From the NCBI RefSeq assembly GCF_009914755.1, contig NC_060928.1: a stretch of 64,000 nt of DNA; one strand, written 5' to 3'. The notes under the pieces were generated by a model. That model did not search any database. It worked only from the letters and a program-made list of their open reading frames with translations, and was not told where the DNA came from. Positions 25,989 to 43,540 of this stretch are shown one piece after another. The DNA is from the human T2T-CHM13v2.0 reference genome, Homo sapiens. Position 1 is the stretch's first letter; every line of letters starts with the position of its first letter. Both the position numbers and the translations under genes were made by a program.

Positions 25989-26727
25989 TCACAGCAGAAA
26001 ACTCTACGGGAAGCAGTGCTAGGGTAGAAAAACCTGAACTGTAACCTACTAATTGCTCAAGTATGAAAGTTAAAAATTCCAGACAAACCCAGTCACAGGG
26101 AGGCCTCCACATTTTTGTGAGGTTTATCTCCAGGAACTCAACCAGATTCTCACTAGTCTGTTTTTCTTAACAAAGTATGCTCTTAAGAGAAACTGGTTAA
26201 CCAGAGCCTAATCTGCTAGTGTTTTATCAAGCCAACTGACTTAGGGGAAGGGAAAACCAAACTCCAGTTCACTCTCCATTCCATGGGAGAGAAGGGAGAT
26301 ACCCAATTTTGCTATCCTGTCTCACCCAAGAAAGGAGGGGGAAAAGCCTGAGGAACACTTATGAAGTTCGAGACCAGAGGCATTAACTCACTAAAAGACA
26401 GACTTAATTGTAGTGCTATAGAACATGTCTATTTCCCCTATACCTTACCACCATATTACTAAAAGCCTATTTACAGTAGTTCCTTTTAATCAATACATCA
26501 TATTTGTCTATGACGAAAAAATTACAAGGCATACTAAAATGCAAGTAACAGTTTGAAGAGACAGAACAAGCATCAGAACCAGACATAAGGAATGTTGGCA
26601 TTACCAAACAGGGAATTCAAAACAATTAAGATTACTCTGATAAAGTAGACAGCATATAAGAACAGAAGGGTAATGTAAGTAGAGAGATGAAAATTTTAAA
26701 AAATAACCAGAAAAATGGTAGAGACTA

Positions 26728-27170
<443 letters not shown>

Positions 27171-29149
27171 AAAATCCGAGATTGTGGGACAACTACAAAA
27201 GGTTTAACATACATGTAATGGAAATACCAGAAAGAGAAAGAAAAGAGAAAGGAAGAGAAGAAATATTTAAAACAAGAATGACAGAGAATTTTCCCCAAAC
27301 TAATGTTAGACATCAAACTGCAGATCCAGGAAGCTCAGAAAATACTGAGCAGGATAAGTACCCAAAACATAAAACAAAAAACACCAACCCCCAAAACCCT
27401 ACACATAGGCATTTTTTTCTCAAAAGAAAAAAATAAAACCAGAGAAATAAAACACCTTGCCTATAGAGCAAAGTTAAAAATTACCTGTGAATTCTCAGAA
27501 ATCATGAATATGAGAAGAGATTGTAGCAAAATATTTAAAATTTTGAGAGGAAAAAACCACCAAGCCAGAATTCTGTACCTTGCAAAATTATCTTTCAAAG
27601 TCAGTAGAAATAAAATCTTTCTCAGACAAACAAAAAAGGAAATTTGTTGCCAGTGGACCTGCCTTTCAAGAAATGTCAAAGAAGCTCTTTAGAGAGAGCT
27701 AAAATAATAGAGGGTGGAAACTCAGATTTGCATAAAAAAAGAAACATCATCAAAGAAGGAAGAAGTGAAGGCAAAATGAAAACTTTTTGGTATTTTTAAT
27801 CGATGTAACAGATAGCATTTTTCCAAATAATAATAGCAACAATGTATTCAATTATGTATGCTTATGTGTATATCTTATGTATTAATACACGCTACTATGT
27901 AAGTAAAATGAATGACAGCAATGCTACAAGTGAGGGAGGAATTAAGACTATTTCATTATTATAAGGTACTCAGACTATCTGTGAAGAGATGCAGTATTAT
28001 TTGAAGTGGACTTGGATTAATTATAAATGTATGTTGCCAACTCTATGGCAACAACTTAAAAAGTGAAAAAGGTGGTATAAGCTGGTAAGCTAAGAATAAA
28101 GAGAAAGTAGAGTAAAAAAAATGCATAATTAAAACCACAAAAGAGACAAAAACTGTAGAACATAAAACTAAGAATGAAGAAAAAAAGGCAATAAATAGAT
28201 AACAATAACAGATAGAAAACAAAAACAGATAATCCAACTGTGTCAATAATCACTTTGAACATCAATGTTACAAATGCACCATTGAAAAGACAGAGATTGT
28301 CAGAGTGGATCAAAAAATAAGATGCATCTATATGGTTTCTATAAGAAATCCAATGTAAATATAAATTCACATATATATTAAAAGTAAATAAACAGAGAAA
28401 AAGACACCATGCTAATACTAATCAAAAGAAAGTGGGAGTAGCTATATTAATTTCAGACAAAGAAGATTTTGCAGCAAAGAAAGTTACCAGGAATAAAAAA
28501 GGGCATTACATAACAGTAAAGGAGTCAATTCTCCAAGAAGACATAACAATCCTTAACATATATGTACCCAACCACCAAGCACCAAAATACATGGGGCAAA
28601 ACTAATAGAACTACAAGGAGAAATAGACAAATTTACTACTATAGTTGGAAACTTTAACACCCCTTCTATAAGAAATGGAGGGATCCAAAAGGTTTCTCCA
28701 GAAAATCAATAAGTACATAGTTGAATTCACCTACATCATCACTCAAGTGGATACAGTTGACATCTGTAAACTACTTTATTAAATAACAGCAGAATATACG
28801 TTTTTCTCAAGCTCACATGGAACATTTACCAATATAAATTACATTATAGACCATAAAGCATATCTTAACAAATTTAAAATAATAGAAATCATACCATGTT
28901 TTCTCTCAGACCACACTGAAATTACACTAGAAATTTATAATAGAAAGATACCCAGAAAATCTCAAAATATGTGAAGAGTAAACAACACACTTCTAAATAA
29001 CACATGGGTTAAAAGTCTCAAGAGAAATGAAAAATATTTCTAACAAATAAAAACGAAAACATAACATATTAAAATTTGTGTGATGCCACAAAAACAGTGT
29101 GTAGAGGAAAAGATTATGGTGTTAAATTCATATATTAAAAACAAAGAAA

Positions 29150-29395
29150 GCCAGCCTGGGCAACATAGCAAGACCCAGCCTCTACTAAAAAAAAAAAAAG
29201 AAGAAGAGAAAAGAAAAAAATTAGCTTGACGTGGTGGTGCACAGCTGTAGTCCTAGCTTCTCAGGAGACAGATACAGGAGGATAGCTTGAGCCCAGGAGT
29301 GTGAAGCTGCAGTGAGCCATGATCTGCACTGCACTGCAGCCTGGGCAACAAAGCAAGACCCTGGCCAAAAATTAAAAAATAAAATAAAATATACA
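29150..29395 (+). mobile_element. 5'-truncated AluJ
   Basis: ccagcctgggcaacatagcaagacc...; right arm with J diagnostics. Confidence 0.85.
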
Positions 29396-29531
29396 AAAAT
29401 CTAAATTAGAGCAGAAATCAATAAAATGGAAAACAAAAATCAATACAGAAAATAAACAAAATCAAAAGCTTATTCTTTGAAAAGATCAATAAAATTGGTA
29501 AGCCTCAATAGCTCAGCCATACTACAATTGA

Positions 29532-29946
<415 letters not shown>

Positions 29947-29964
29947 GGTTTCTAAGGTTTAAAA

Positions 29965-30477
29965 AAATTTTTTGTGTGTGGGTACATACCAGGTGTATAC
30001 ATTTATGGGGTACATGAGATGTATTGATACAGGTATGCAATGTGAAATAAGTACATCATGAGGAATGGTGTATCCATCCTCTCAAGTATTTATCCTTTGA
30101 GTTACAAATACTCCAATTATATTTTTAAGTTATTTTGAAGTGTGCAATTAAGTTATTATTGGGTATAATCACCCTTTTGTGCTACCAAATATTAGGTCTT
30201 ATTCATTCTTTCTAACTATTTTTTTGTGCCATTAATCATTCCCTCCTCCCCCCACCACCCCCACTATAGTTCCTAGCCTCTGGCAACCATCCTTCTACTC
30301 TCTGAGTTCATGAGTTCAATTGTTTTGATTTTTAGATCCCCAGAATAAGTGAAAACATGCAATTTTTTTTTTCTGTGCGTGGCTTATTTCACTTAACTTA
30401 ACGATCTCTAATTCCACCCATGTTGTTGCAAATAATTAGATCTCATTATTTTTTATTGCTGAATAGTACTCCATTGG

Positions 30478-30518
<41 letters not shown>

Positions 30519-32482
30519 CACATTTTCTTTATCCATTCATCTGTTGATGGACACTTAAGTTGCTTCTAAATCTTGGCTATTGCAAGCAGTGCTGCAACAA
30601 ACATAGGAGTGAAGATATCTCTTGGATATGTTGGTATCATTTATTTGGAGTATATATCCAGCAGTGGGATTGCTGGATCATATGGTAGCTCAATTTTTAG
30701 CTTTTTGAGGAACTTCTGAACTGTTCTCCATAGTGATTGTACTAATGTACATTCCCACCAACAGTGTACAAGAGTTCCCATTTCTCCACATCCTCATCAG
30801 CATTTGTTATTGCCTGTCTTGTGGATATAAGCCATTTTAATGGGAGTGAGATGCTATCTCACTGTAGTTTTGATTTGTGTTTCTCTGATGATGAATGATG
30901 TTGAGAACCTTTTCATATGCCTGTTTTCCATTTGTATGTCTTCTTTTAAGAAATGTCTATTCAAACCTTTTGCCCATTTTTTGATTGGATTATGAGACAT
31001 TTTCCTATACTGTTGTTTGAGCTCCTTATATATTCTGGTTATTAATCCCTTGTCACATGGGTAGTTTGCAAATATTTTCTTTCATTCTATGGGCTTCTCT
31101 TTACTTTGTGGATTGTTTTCCTTGCTGTGCAGAAGTGTTTTAACTTGATATGATTCCATTTTCCATTTTTGCTTTGGTTGCCTGAGCTTGTGGGGTATTG
31201 CTCAATAAATCTTTGCCCAGACCAAGATCCTGGAGGTTTTCTCCTATGTTTTCTTTTAGTAGTTTTATAGTTTGAGGTCATAGATTTAAGCCTTTAATTT
31301 GTTTTGATTTTATTTTTGTATATTGTGATAGACATGAGTCTAGTTTCATTTTTCTGCATATGGATATCCAGTTTTCCCAGCACTGTTTATTGAAGAGACA
31401 TGTGCATGTTCTTGGCACCTTTGTTGAAAATGAGTTCACTTTTGCTGTGCAAATTTGTTTCTGAGTTCTCTATTCTGTTCCATTGGTCTATGTGTCTGGT
31501 TTTATGCCACTACTCTGCTATTTTGGTTACTGTAGCACTGTAGTATAATTTGAAGTCAGGTAATGTTATTTCTCCAGTTCTGTTCTTTTGCTTAGGATAA
31601 TTTTGTCTATTCTGGGTCTTTTGTTGTTTCATACAACTTTTAGAATTGTTGTTTTCTATTTCTGTGAAGACTATCCTTGGTATTTTTATGGGGATTGCAT
31701 TGAATCTGTAGATTGCTTTAGGCAGTATGGACATTTTAACAATATTGGTTCTTCCAATCCATAAACACGGACTTTTTTTTCCCATTTTCTCTTCAATTTC
31801 TTTCATCAGTGTTTCACAGTTTTTATTCTAGAGATCTTTCACTTCTTTGGTTAAGTTAATTCCTAGATATTTAATTTTATATGTGGCTATTGTAAATGGG
31901 ATTGCATTTTTAATTCATTTTTCACATTATTTATTGCTGGCATAGAAATGCTACTGATTTCTGTATGTTAATTTGTATCCTGCAATTTTATTCAATTTGT
32001 TTATCAGTTCTAATAGATTTTTGGTGGAGTCTTTAGTTTTTTCCAAATATAATATCATATCATCTGCAAACAAGGAAACGTTGACTTCTTTATTTCCAAG
32101 TTGGATGCCCTTTATATCGTTCTCTTGTCTGATTGCTCTAGCTAGGACTTCTAGTACTACATTGAATAACAGTGGTGACTGTGGGCATCCTTATCATGTT
32201 CCAGAGGTTAGAGGAAAGGCTTTCAGCTTTTCCCCATTCAATATGATACTAGCTGTGGGTCTGTCATATATGGCTTTTATTACGTTGAGGTATGTTCCTT
32301 GTATCCCCAGTTTTTTGAGGAATTTTTTTAATCATGAACAGGTGTTGAATTTTATCAAATGCTTTTTCAGTATCAGTTGAAATCATCAAGTTTTTCATTC
32401 TTCATTTTGTTAATATGATGTATCACATTGATTGATTTGTGTATGTTGAACTACCCTTGCATCCCAGGGATAAATCCCACTT
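29965..32482 (-). mobile_element. L1MA2/3-like 3' portion
   Basis: 3'UTR gtgggtacata...tttatggggtacatgag; ORF2 remnant [28 protein letters not shown]. Confidence 0.88.
30480..30515. repeat. (TG)n microsatellite
   Basis: Direct read. Confidence 0.95.
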
Positions 32483-32519
32483 GGTCATGATGAATAATCC
32501 TTTCTGTCAATTGCTATGA

Positions 32520-32831
32520 GTTTCCCCAAGCCCTGGATGGGTAAACTTTTTGACTCTAGTCCCTGACTCCCAAACTTCACCTCTTGACCCACCAGGAGCT
32601 TGCAGGAACTCTCAGCCCTAAAGGGAAGGATATAGGCCTGGCTTGCTTTGCCTCTTGCTGAATGCAAAGCCTTAGGGCTTTGAGTGAACAAAGACAGTAG
32701 CCAGGGAGTGGTTACCACAGGTCTTTGGCAAGACTCAGTGCTGTGCTGGCTTCAGGTCTGACCCAGCACAGTCATAGTTGTAGTGGCCCCAGGGGTGCTT
32801 GTGTCACGTCACCCCCAGCTTTAGGTGGCTC

Positions 32832-32876
<45 letters not shown>

Positions 32877-34180
32877 ACACGGAGAGACTTCATTTGTTTG
32901 GGAGAAAGCAAGAGAAGAGAACAAGAATCTCTGCCTGGTAATCCAGAGAATTCTCCTGGATCCAGTCCAAGACCATGGTGGTGGTATTTCTACAAGTCTG
33001 CAAGAACGACAGTGTTACTGGGCTTGGGCTGTCCCCTAAAGCAGATATATCTTAGATCATGACATCCAAGTCCTTTCAAATATTTGGAAAGCCTTCTCAA
33101 GAAGGATGGCTACAAATAAGCCCAGATAGTGATGACTACAGTAAATACCTAATCCCTTAATGGCCAGTCACTAAAGAACATCTACCAGCATCAACACCAT
33201 CCAAAAAAAAAAAAAAAAAAGACCTCACCAAATGAGTTAAATAAGGCATCAGGGACCGGCCCTGGAGAAACAGAGATATGTGACCTTTCAGACAGAGAAT
33301 TCAAAATTGCTGTGTTGAGGAAATTCAAAGAAATTCAAGATAACACAGAGAAGGAAATCTGAATTCTATTGGATAAATTTTACAGAGAGATTGAAATAAT
33401 TAAAAAGAATAAAGCAGAAATTTTGGAGCTGAAAAATGCAATTGGCATACTGAAGAAAGCATCAGAGTCTTTTGATAGCAGAAATGATTAAGCAGAAGAA
33501 AGAATTAGTGAGTTTGAAGACAGGCTATTTGAAAATACACAGTTGAGGAGATAAGAAAAAAAGAATAAAAAACAATGCCTACAGGATCTAGAAATAGCCT
33601 CAAAAGAGCAAATCTAAGAGTTGTTGGCCTTAAAAAGGAGGTAGAGAAAGAGATAGGAGTAGAAAGTTCATTCAAAGGAACAATAACACAGAACTTCCCA
33701 AACCTAGAGAAATATATCAATATCCAAGTACAAGAAGGTTTTAGAACACTAAGCAGATTTAACCAAAAGATTATCTCAAGCCATTTAATAATCAAACTTC
33801 CAAAGGCCAAAGGTAAAGAAAGGAAACCTAAAAGCAGCAAGAGAAATGAAACAAATAACATAAAATTAGAGCTCCAATACATATGGAGGAAATTTTTCAC
33901 TGGAAACCATACAGGTCAAGAGAGAGTGGCATGATGTATTTAAAGTGCTGAAGAAAAAAATAACTTTTACCTTAGAATAGTATATCTGGCAAAAATATCC
34001 TTCAAACATGAAGGAGAAACAAAGACTTTCCTAGACACACAAAAGCTGATGGATTTTATCAATACCAAACCTGTCCTACAAGAAATGCTGAAGGGAATAC
34101 TTCGATCAGAAAGAAAAGGATGTTATGAGCAATAAGTAATCACCTGAAAGTACAAAACTCACTGCTAATAATAAGCACAA
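32520..34180 (+). mobile_element. L1M1-type 5'UTR and ORF1 remnant
   Basis: ORF1-like NSLKRANLRVVGLK...NFPNLEK; (CA)n at 32836-32880. Confidence 0.8.
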
Positions 34181-34343
34181 TAGACAAAAAGCAGCATAAA
34201 TACAAAGAATATCACATGTAGAAATATCACAAAAACCTTCCCAAAAATCAGAGGAAAAAATTCATGAAATCAGCGAATAAAAACTCAGATAATATTTTAA
34301 AATGTAACTTAGCAAGTTGAGTCTAAAATTTATGTAGAAATGT

Positions 34344-35700
<1,357 letters not shown>

Positions 35701-37502
35701 AAACAACTTTTAAAATATTTGTGGGCACTCTTTCCACCAATACATGAAATCTGGCCCTAACTAATAGCTGGGATGAAAATCACCCTGCTGGCACGTGGAC
35801 ATGGCTTTGCTAAAGAGTGGTGTGGGACTGGGAAGAGTTCTGCTTTCATCTATTTAATATTAAGACTTTGTACAGAAAGCTGTAAAAAGTAGTGTTGCTT
35901 TTAGCCTAACATCAAGAAAATGTTCGATAAACTACATTATCATATATTTTCTTAAATGAAGAAAGAAAAGTAGCCTGAAATCCATAGCATGACAGTAGCT
36001 TCAAGAAGAGACTGTAGGAGAGCAGTGATAACTAGCTTTCTGTCTTAGTTCCAGATGCTGCATTACGGAGTTTTCTAGGGCAAAAAGTCATATAAATGCT
36101 AATTTTCCCCAGAGCAGGTTCCTCCCTTCAAACTTAAGATCACTTCAAATTTTCTGGTTTTTCATCTCTTTCCAAAAGATAGTTTTAAAAAAATATATTT
36201 TTCCAGAATTTATGATTATTGTAATTGTAATTATTGTAATTGTTATAAACAGAAGGGTTAGTCCAATACAAGCAACTCTGTCACTATTGGAAACTTGCAA
36301 TTTTTATCTTGATCTTGTTTCAAGCAACGTTGCTAAGTTTTCATGTTATTTTAGTAAAATTTCTAAAAAAAAAAAGATATGATGTACAATGGCTGAAAAT
36401 GAGAATAACTGTAGTTACTCCTTTTTAATCTATATACCTTAGTTTTGTTTATTTGTTTTTTATTTTTGTTTTTAATTTCAAATTTTATTTCAGATCTAGA
36501 GGGTACATGTGCAGTTTTGTTACACAGCTATATTATGTGATGCTGAGGTTTGGGGTACAATTGATCTTACCCCCAGGTAGTGAGCATAATACTCAAAAGG
36601 TAGTTTTCAGCTCTTGTCCCGTCCCTCAAGCTCCACCTCTAGCAGTCCTGTGTGTGTATTGTCCATGTCTAGTCAATGTTTAGTTCCCTCCAAGTGAGAA
36701 CGTGAAACATTTGGTTTTCTGTTTTGCTAAGTACTTAGAATAATGGCCTCCAGCTGCATACATGTTGCTGCAAAAAACACGCTTCCATTGTTTTTTATGA
36801 CTGTATAGTATTTCATGGTGTATGTGTACCACATTTTCTTTATCCAATCTACCATTGGTGGGCACCTAAACTAATTCCATGTCTTTGCTATTGTAAACAG
36901 TGCTGTGATGAACATGCAAGTGCATGTGTCTTTTTGGTAGAACAATTTATTTTTCTTTGGGTGTATACCCAGTAATGGGATTGCTGGGTCGAATAGTTGC
37001 TCTGTTCTATGTTCTTTGAGAATCTCCAAACTGCTTTCCACAGGGGCTGAACTAATTTACATTCCTACAAAGAGTATAAAAGCTTTTCCTTTTTTTTGCA
37101 GCCTCGCCAACATCTGTTATTTTGACTTTTTATTACTAGCCATTCTGATTTGTGTATATCTCATTGTGCTTTTGCTTTGTGGTTCTTTGATGATAGTGGT
37201 GTTGAGCATTTTTTCATGTATGTTGGCTGCTGGTTTGTTATATTTTGAGATGTGCCTGTTCATGTCCTTTGTCCACTATTTAATGAGGTTATTTGTTCCC
37301 TAGAGTTCCTTAAGTTGAATTGTTGAAGTTCCTTAGAGATTCTGGATATCAGACTTTCGTTGGATGCATAATTTATGAATATTTTCTCACATTCTGTAGG
37401 TTTTCTGTTTACTCTGTTGACAGTTTCTTTTGCTGTGCAGAAACTCTTGAGTTTAAATAAATCCCATTTGTCAATTTTTGCTTTTGTTCCAATTGCTTTT
37501 GA

Positions 37503-37922
<420 letters not shown>

Positions 37923-39689
37923 TAATCTATCTTGAGTTAATTTTTGTATATGGTGAAAGGTAGTAGTACAGTTTCATTCTTCTGCATATGGCCAGCCAGT
38001 TATCCCAGCACCATTTATTGCATAGCAAGGCTTTTCCTCATTGCTTATTTTTGTAGACTTTGTCAAAGATCAGATTTTTGTAGGTGTGTGGCTTTATTTC
38101 TGGGTCCTCTCTTCTGTTCCATTGGTCTATGTGTCTGTTTTTATACCAATACAATGCTGTTTTGGTTACTGTAGCTTTGTGGTATAGTTTGAAGTCAGGT
38201 AATGAAATTTCTCTGGCTTTGTTCATTTTGCCTAAGATTGCCTTGTATATTTGGGCTCTTTTTTTTGATTTCACATGAATTTTAGGATTGCTTTTTCTAA
38301 TTCTGTGAAAAATGACATTGGTATTTTGTCAGGAATAGCATTGAATCTATATATTGTTTTGGGCAATATGGCTATTTTAGCAATATTGGTTCTTCCAATT
38401 CATGACCACGGAGTGTTTTTCCATTTGCTTATGTCAACTGTGATTTCTTTCAGCAGTGTTTTGTAGTTCTCCTTGCAGAGACCTTTCACCTCTTTGGGTA
38501 GCTCTATTCCTAGGTATTTCATTTTTGTGTGTGACTATTGCAGATGAGATTGCATTATTGATTTGGCTCTCAGCTTGAATGTTATTGGTGTATAGAAATG
38601 CTATTGATTTTTGTACAATGATTTTGTATCCTGAAACTTTACTGAAGTGGTTTATCAGTTCTAAGAGCCCTTTGGTGGAGTCTTTAGGGTTTTCCAGGTA
38701 TAGAATCATACAGTCAGTGAAGAGAGAAAATTATTTTCCTATTTGGATGCATTTTATTTCACTCTCTTACCTGATTTTTCTAGTTAGCAATTCCTGTACT
38801 ATGCTGAATAGGAGTGGCAAGAGTGAGCATCTTTGTCTTGTTCCAGTTCTCGGAGCAAAAGCTTGCACCTTTTGCCTGTTAACTATGATGTTGGCTCTGA
38901 GTTTGTCATAGATTACTCCTATTATTTTGAGGTCTGTTTCTTCAATGCCTAGTTTGTTGAGGGTTTTTATAATGGAAGGACATTGGATTTTGTTGAAAGC
39001 TTCTTCTGTGTCTACTGAGACAATCATGTAGGGTTTTTTTTTTAATTATTTTTATTTGGTGAATCACATTTATTGATTTGAATATGTTGAGCCAAACTTA
39101 CATCCCAGGATTAAAACCAGTTGATCATGGTGAATTAACATTTCGATGTGCTGTTGGATTTGGTTTGCTGGTAATTTGTTGAGAATTTTTTATCTGTGTT
39201 CATCAAATATATTGGTCTGAAGTTGTCTTTTTTCATTATGTCTTTGCCAGGTTTTGGTATCAGGATGATGCTGGTTTCATAGAATGAGTTGGGGAGGAGT
39301 CCCTTCTGCTTCTCGATCCTTTGGAACAGTTTCGGTAGGATTTATAACAGCTCTTCTTTCTGTGTCTGGTAGAATTTGGCTGTGAATCCATCTGGTCCAG
39401 AGCTTTTTTTGGTTGATAGGTTTGTTTCTGTTTTAAATTTCAGAACTTGTTATTGGTCTGTTCAGGATTTTGATTTCTTACTGATTCAATCTTGGGAGGT
39501 TGTGTGTTTCCAGAAATTTTTCTGTTTCCTCTACATTTTCTAGTTTGTATGCATAGAGGTGTTCATAATAGTCTCTGAGGATCTTTTTTATTTCTGCTGG
39601 ATTGGTTGTAATGTCACTTTTGTCATTTCTGATTGTGCTTGTTTTGATCTCTTTGTTTTTCTTTGTTAATCAGCTGCTGTTCTTTCAAT

Positions 39690-39998
39690 TTTTTGTTTTT
39701 ATTATTTATTTATTTATTTGAGACGGAGTCTCGCTCTGTTGCCCAGACTGCAGTGCAGTGGCGCGATCTCTGCTCACTGCAGGCTCCACCTCCCGGTTCA
39801 CCCCATTCTCCTGCCTCAGCCTCCCGAGTAGCTGGGACTACAGGCACCCGCCGCCAGGCCCGGCTAATTTTTGTATTTTTAGTAGAGGCGGGGTTTCACC
39901 ATGTTAGCCAGGATGGTCTCCATCTCCTGACCTCGTGACCCACCCGCCTCGGCTTCCCAAAGTGCCGGGATTACAGGCGTGAGCCACCGCGCCCGGCC
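39690..39998 (-). mobile_element. AluY-like (CpG-rich)
   Basis: ccattctcctgcc, gttagccaggatggtctc; many intact CpGs. Confidence 0.93.
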
Positions 39999-41520
39999 TC
40001 AATTGTTTAAAATACTTTCAAGGAACTAAGTTTAGGTTTCATTAATCCTTTGTATGGATTTTTGGGACTAAATTTTGTTCAGTTCTGCTCTGATTTTAGT
40101 TATTTCTTTTCTTCTGTTACCCTTAGGGTTAGTTCATTCTTGTTTTTCTAGTTCCTCTAGGTGCAATGTTGGATGGTTAATTTGAGATCTTTCTAACTTG
40201 ATGTAGGCATTTACTACGTCAAGTGCTGTAAACTTCCCTCTTAACCCTGCTTTTGCTATAGCTCTGGGATTTTTGTATGTTGTTTCTCTAGTTTCATTTA
40301 TTTCAAAGATTTTTTTGATGTCTGCCTAATTTAGTTGTTTACCAAGAAGTCATTCAGAAATAAATTATTTAATTTTCATGTAATTGTGTGGTTTTGAGAG
40401 ATTTTCTCAGCATTTATTGCTATTTTTATTCTACTTTGGTCCAAGAGTATGCTTGTTATGTTTTTGTATTTTTTAAAAATATTAAGTCTTGCTTTATGTG
40501 TATGCCTTAGTTGTTAATTTAAAAAAATATTACATTAGCTACAACCTCTGGGAAAAATGTAAATATAATTACTGAAAACAAATGTTCTTGTATTGCTCCT
40601 GATTTGAAAAATAATTGAAAAATAAATTCTAAGTTCATACCATTAAACATTTTGTACTCTGAAAAATTTAGTAGTGTTTGTTAAGTTGTGGAAATTTTCT
40701 TCTTTTCTTAGTTTGCTAAGAGTTTGTTTTATTTAAAAAAATTATTATGCATAGAGTATTTAATTGTAGAAATGCTTAATCTTCTTCTATTGTGATATTT
40801 ATATGATTTTTTTCTCCCTGAAAGTATTAAGTATTTCTGTAGAGAATTATTATATGAATGGATTATCTGGATTGTCTAATATTAATTCATATATATTTAA
40901 AGCCATTTTATGGCTTAATAATTGGGTTATTTTTGTTAATGTTTCACATATGTGTGAAAAGAATAGGTACTGTTAGTTGTTGACTGCTATTATAGATATC
41001 TATATATATCTCTCTCCATTAAATCAAACTTATTATTTGTTATTCTCATTTTCTGTGCATCTGATGAAAGATATATGTTAAAACCTCCCACTATGTTGAA
41101 ATTCAGTAGTCCCTTATTTTAGTCTGTTGATTTTTACTTTTTATATTTTTAAAATATATTTTTTCACACATTTTCATTGTTATATCTTTCTATTGAGTTT
41201 TCTTAATACTATAGGATCAATGTTTATCTTTAAAAATCCTTTTTGACTAATTGTGTATTTTTGTCTGGTGTTAATACAGCTTTCCTAGTTTTCTTTTCAG
41301 AATTTTCTTTATAATTTTTATTTTTTTATGTTCATCTTTTCTAAGTTTTAGTTATTTCCTTTAAAACAGCATATACATTTTTATACATGCAACTTTGTAA
41401 CCTGTTTTTATAAATAAGCTGGCCGGTATGTTTATATTTATTGTGAAGTGAGTTATACCATCACTTATTTTTGTTAGTTTTTGTTTCTACTTACCTGCAT
41501 TTCTATATTCATTGTTTTCT

Positions 41521-41892
41521 CTTTTTTTTCACTTTTATCTTCCATTTTATTTCCATAGTTGCCACAGCCAAATTTTAGGAGAGGCTACATTATAAGGCAG
41601 CCCCAAACATGATTCATCTTACACCCAATTCAGTGAATACAAATGCAGTCATCTGGCATGTTCATTCGAATCTTTCTTTCTTTTTTTTTTATTATACTTT
41701 AAGTTCTGGGGTACATGTATAGAACATTCAGGTTTGTTACATAGGTATACACGTGCCATGGTAATTTGCTGCACCCATCAACCCGTACTCTACATTAGGT
41801 ATTTCTCCTAATGCTATCCCTCCCCTAGACTCCACCCACCGACAGGCCCCGGTGTGTGATGCTCTCCTCCCTGTGTCCACGTGTTCTCATTG
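41521..41892 (-). mobile_element. 5'-truncated L1PA7-like element carrying a ~140 bp 3' transduction
   Basis: 17 bp TSD TATATTCATTGTTTTCT at 41504 and 41893; two T tracts; minus-strand AATAAA at 41551-41546. Confidence 0.85.
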
Positions 41893-42507
41893 TATATTCA
41901 TTGTTTTCTTATTCTAACTTCCTTGGAATTGCTCAAGTTTTATTTATTCCTCCTTTCTTCCCTTTGTACTGGTTATAGAAGTTATATATTCTATTTCTAT
42001 TCTTTAATTTGTTTTTCCTTAAAATATTGACATGAAGAGATAACAAAGTCCAAAGTTAATTGGTTTCCTTAACAATAAATGAGCTTTAGAATTCTTTCAC
42101 TCAGATTGCCCTTGCATTCTGCCTTACATTTAAAAAATCCTGTGTTTATTACTACTATGTGTTTATACTTCTCTACTTTGCAGTGCATGCTTAAATACGT
42201 TAAGTGCTTACTTACATTCATAATTACCAGTTATTCCTCTTTTCTTTATTGCTTTTCAGTTTTTCATTCTGTGTTCAATATTTTTCATTCTAAATTTTAT
42301 TTTTGGAGGTTTGCTTTTACTAAATTCTCTATTACTTTTTCTTAAAAGTCCTCATTTTATGTCTACTTTTAGATAGTTAAAGTGGATATAAAATGATCCT
42401 TTACTAGTTATTTCCTTTTTGGGTTTTAAAAATGTTATTGCCCTGCTTTGTGGCTTTAATGTTGTTGTTGAAAAAAATTTATTGTCATTTGTTTATAAGA
42501 ATCTGTT

Positions 42508-42832
<325 letters not shown>

Positions 42833-43246
42833 TCAGTGTTGTTTTGTGAGATTTTGGTGCACCCATCACCTGAGCAGTATACACTGAACCCAATTTGTCG
42901 TCTTTTACCCCTCATCCCCTTCCCACCTTTTCTCCAAAGTTCACTGTGTCATTCTTATACCTTTGCATCTTCATAGCTTAGCTCCCACTTATGAGTGAGA
43001 ACATACGATGTTTGGTTTTCCATCCCTGAGTTACTTCACTTAGAATAATAGTTTCCAATCCCATCCAGGTTGCTGCAAATGTCATTAATTCATTCCTTTT
43101 TATGGCTGAGTAGTATTCCATCATATATATATATATATACCACCGTTTCTTTATCTGATGGGCATTTGGTTTGGTACTTCATTTTTGCAATTGCAAACTG
43201 TGCTGCTGTGAACATGCGTGTGTAAGATTCTTCTTTGTATGATGAC

Positions 43247-43540
43247 TTTTTTGTTTTTTGAGATGGAGTCTTGCCCTGTCACCCAGGCTGGAGTGTAATG
43301 GCATGATCTCGGCTCACAGCAACCTCTGCCCTTCAGGTTGAAGTGATTCTCCTGCCTCAGCCTCCCAAGTAGCTGGGATTACAAGCGTGTACCACCATGC
43401 CTGGCTAATTTTTTGTATCTTTAGTAGATATGGGATTTCTCTGTGTTGGTCAGGCTGATCTTGAACTCCTGAACTCGTGATCCACCTGCCTTGGCCTCCC
43501 AAAGTGCTGGGATTGCAGGCATGAGCCACTGTGCCCGGCC
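43247..43540 (-). mobile_element. AluS inside the L1PB
   Basis: Reverse dimer; TSD ~TATRATGACTT. Confidence 0.92.
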
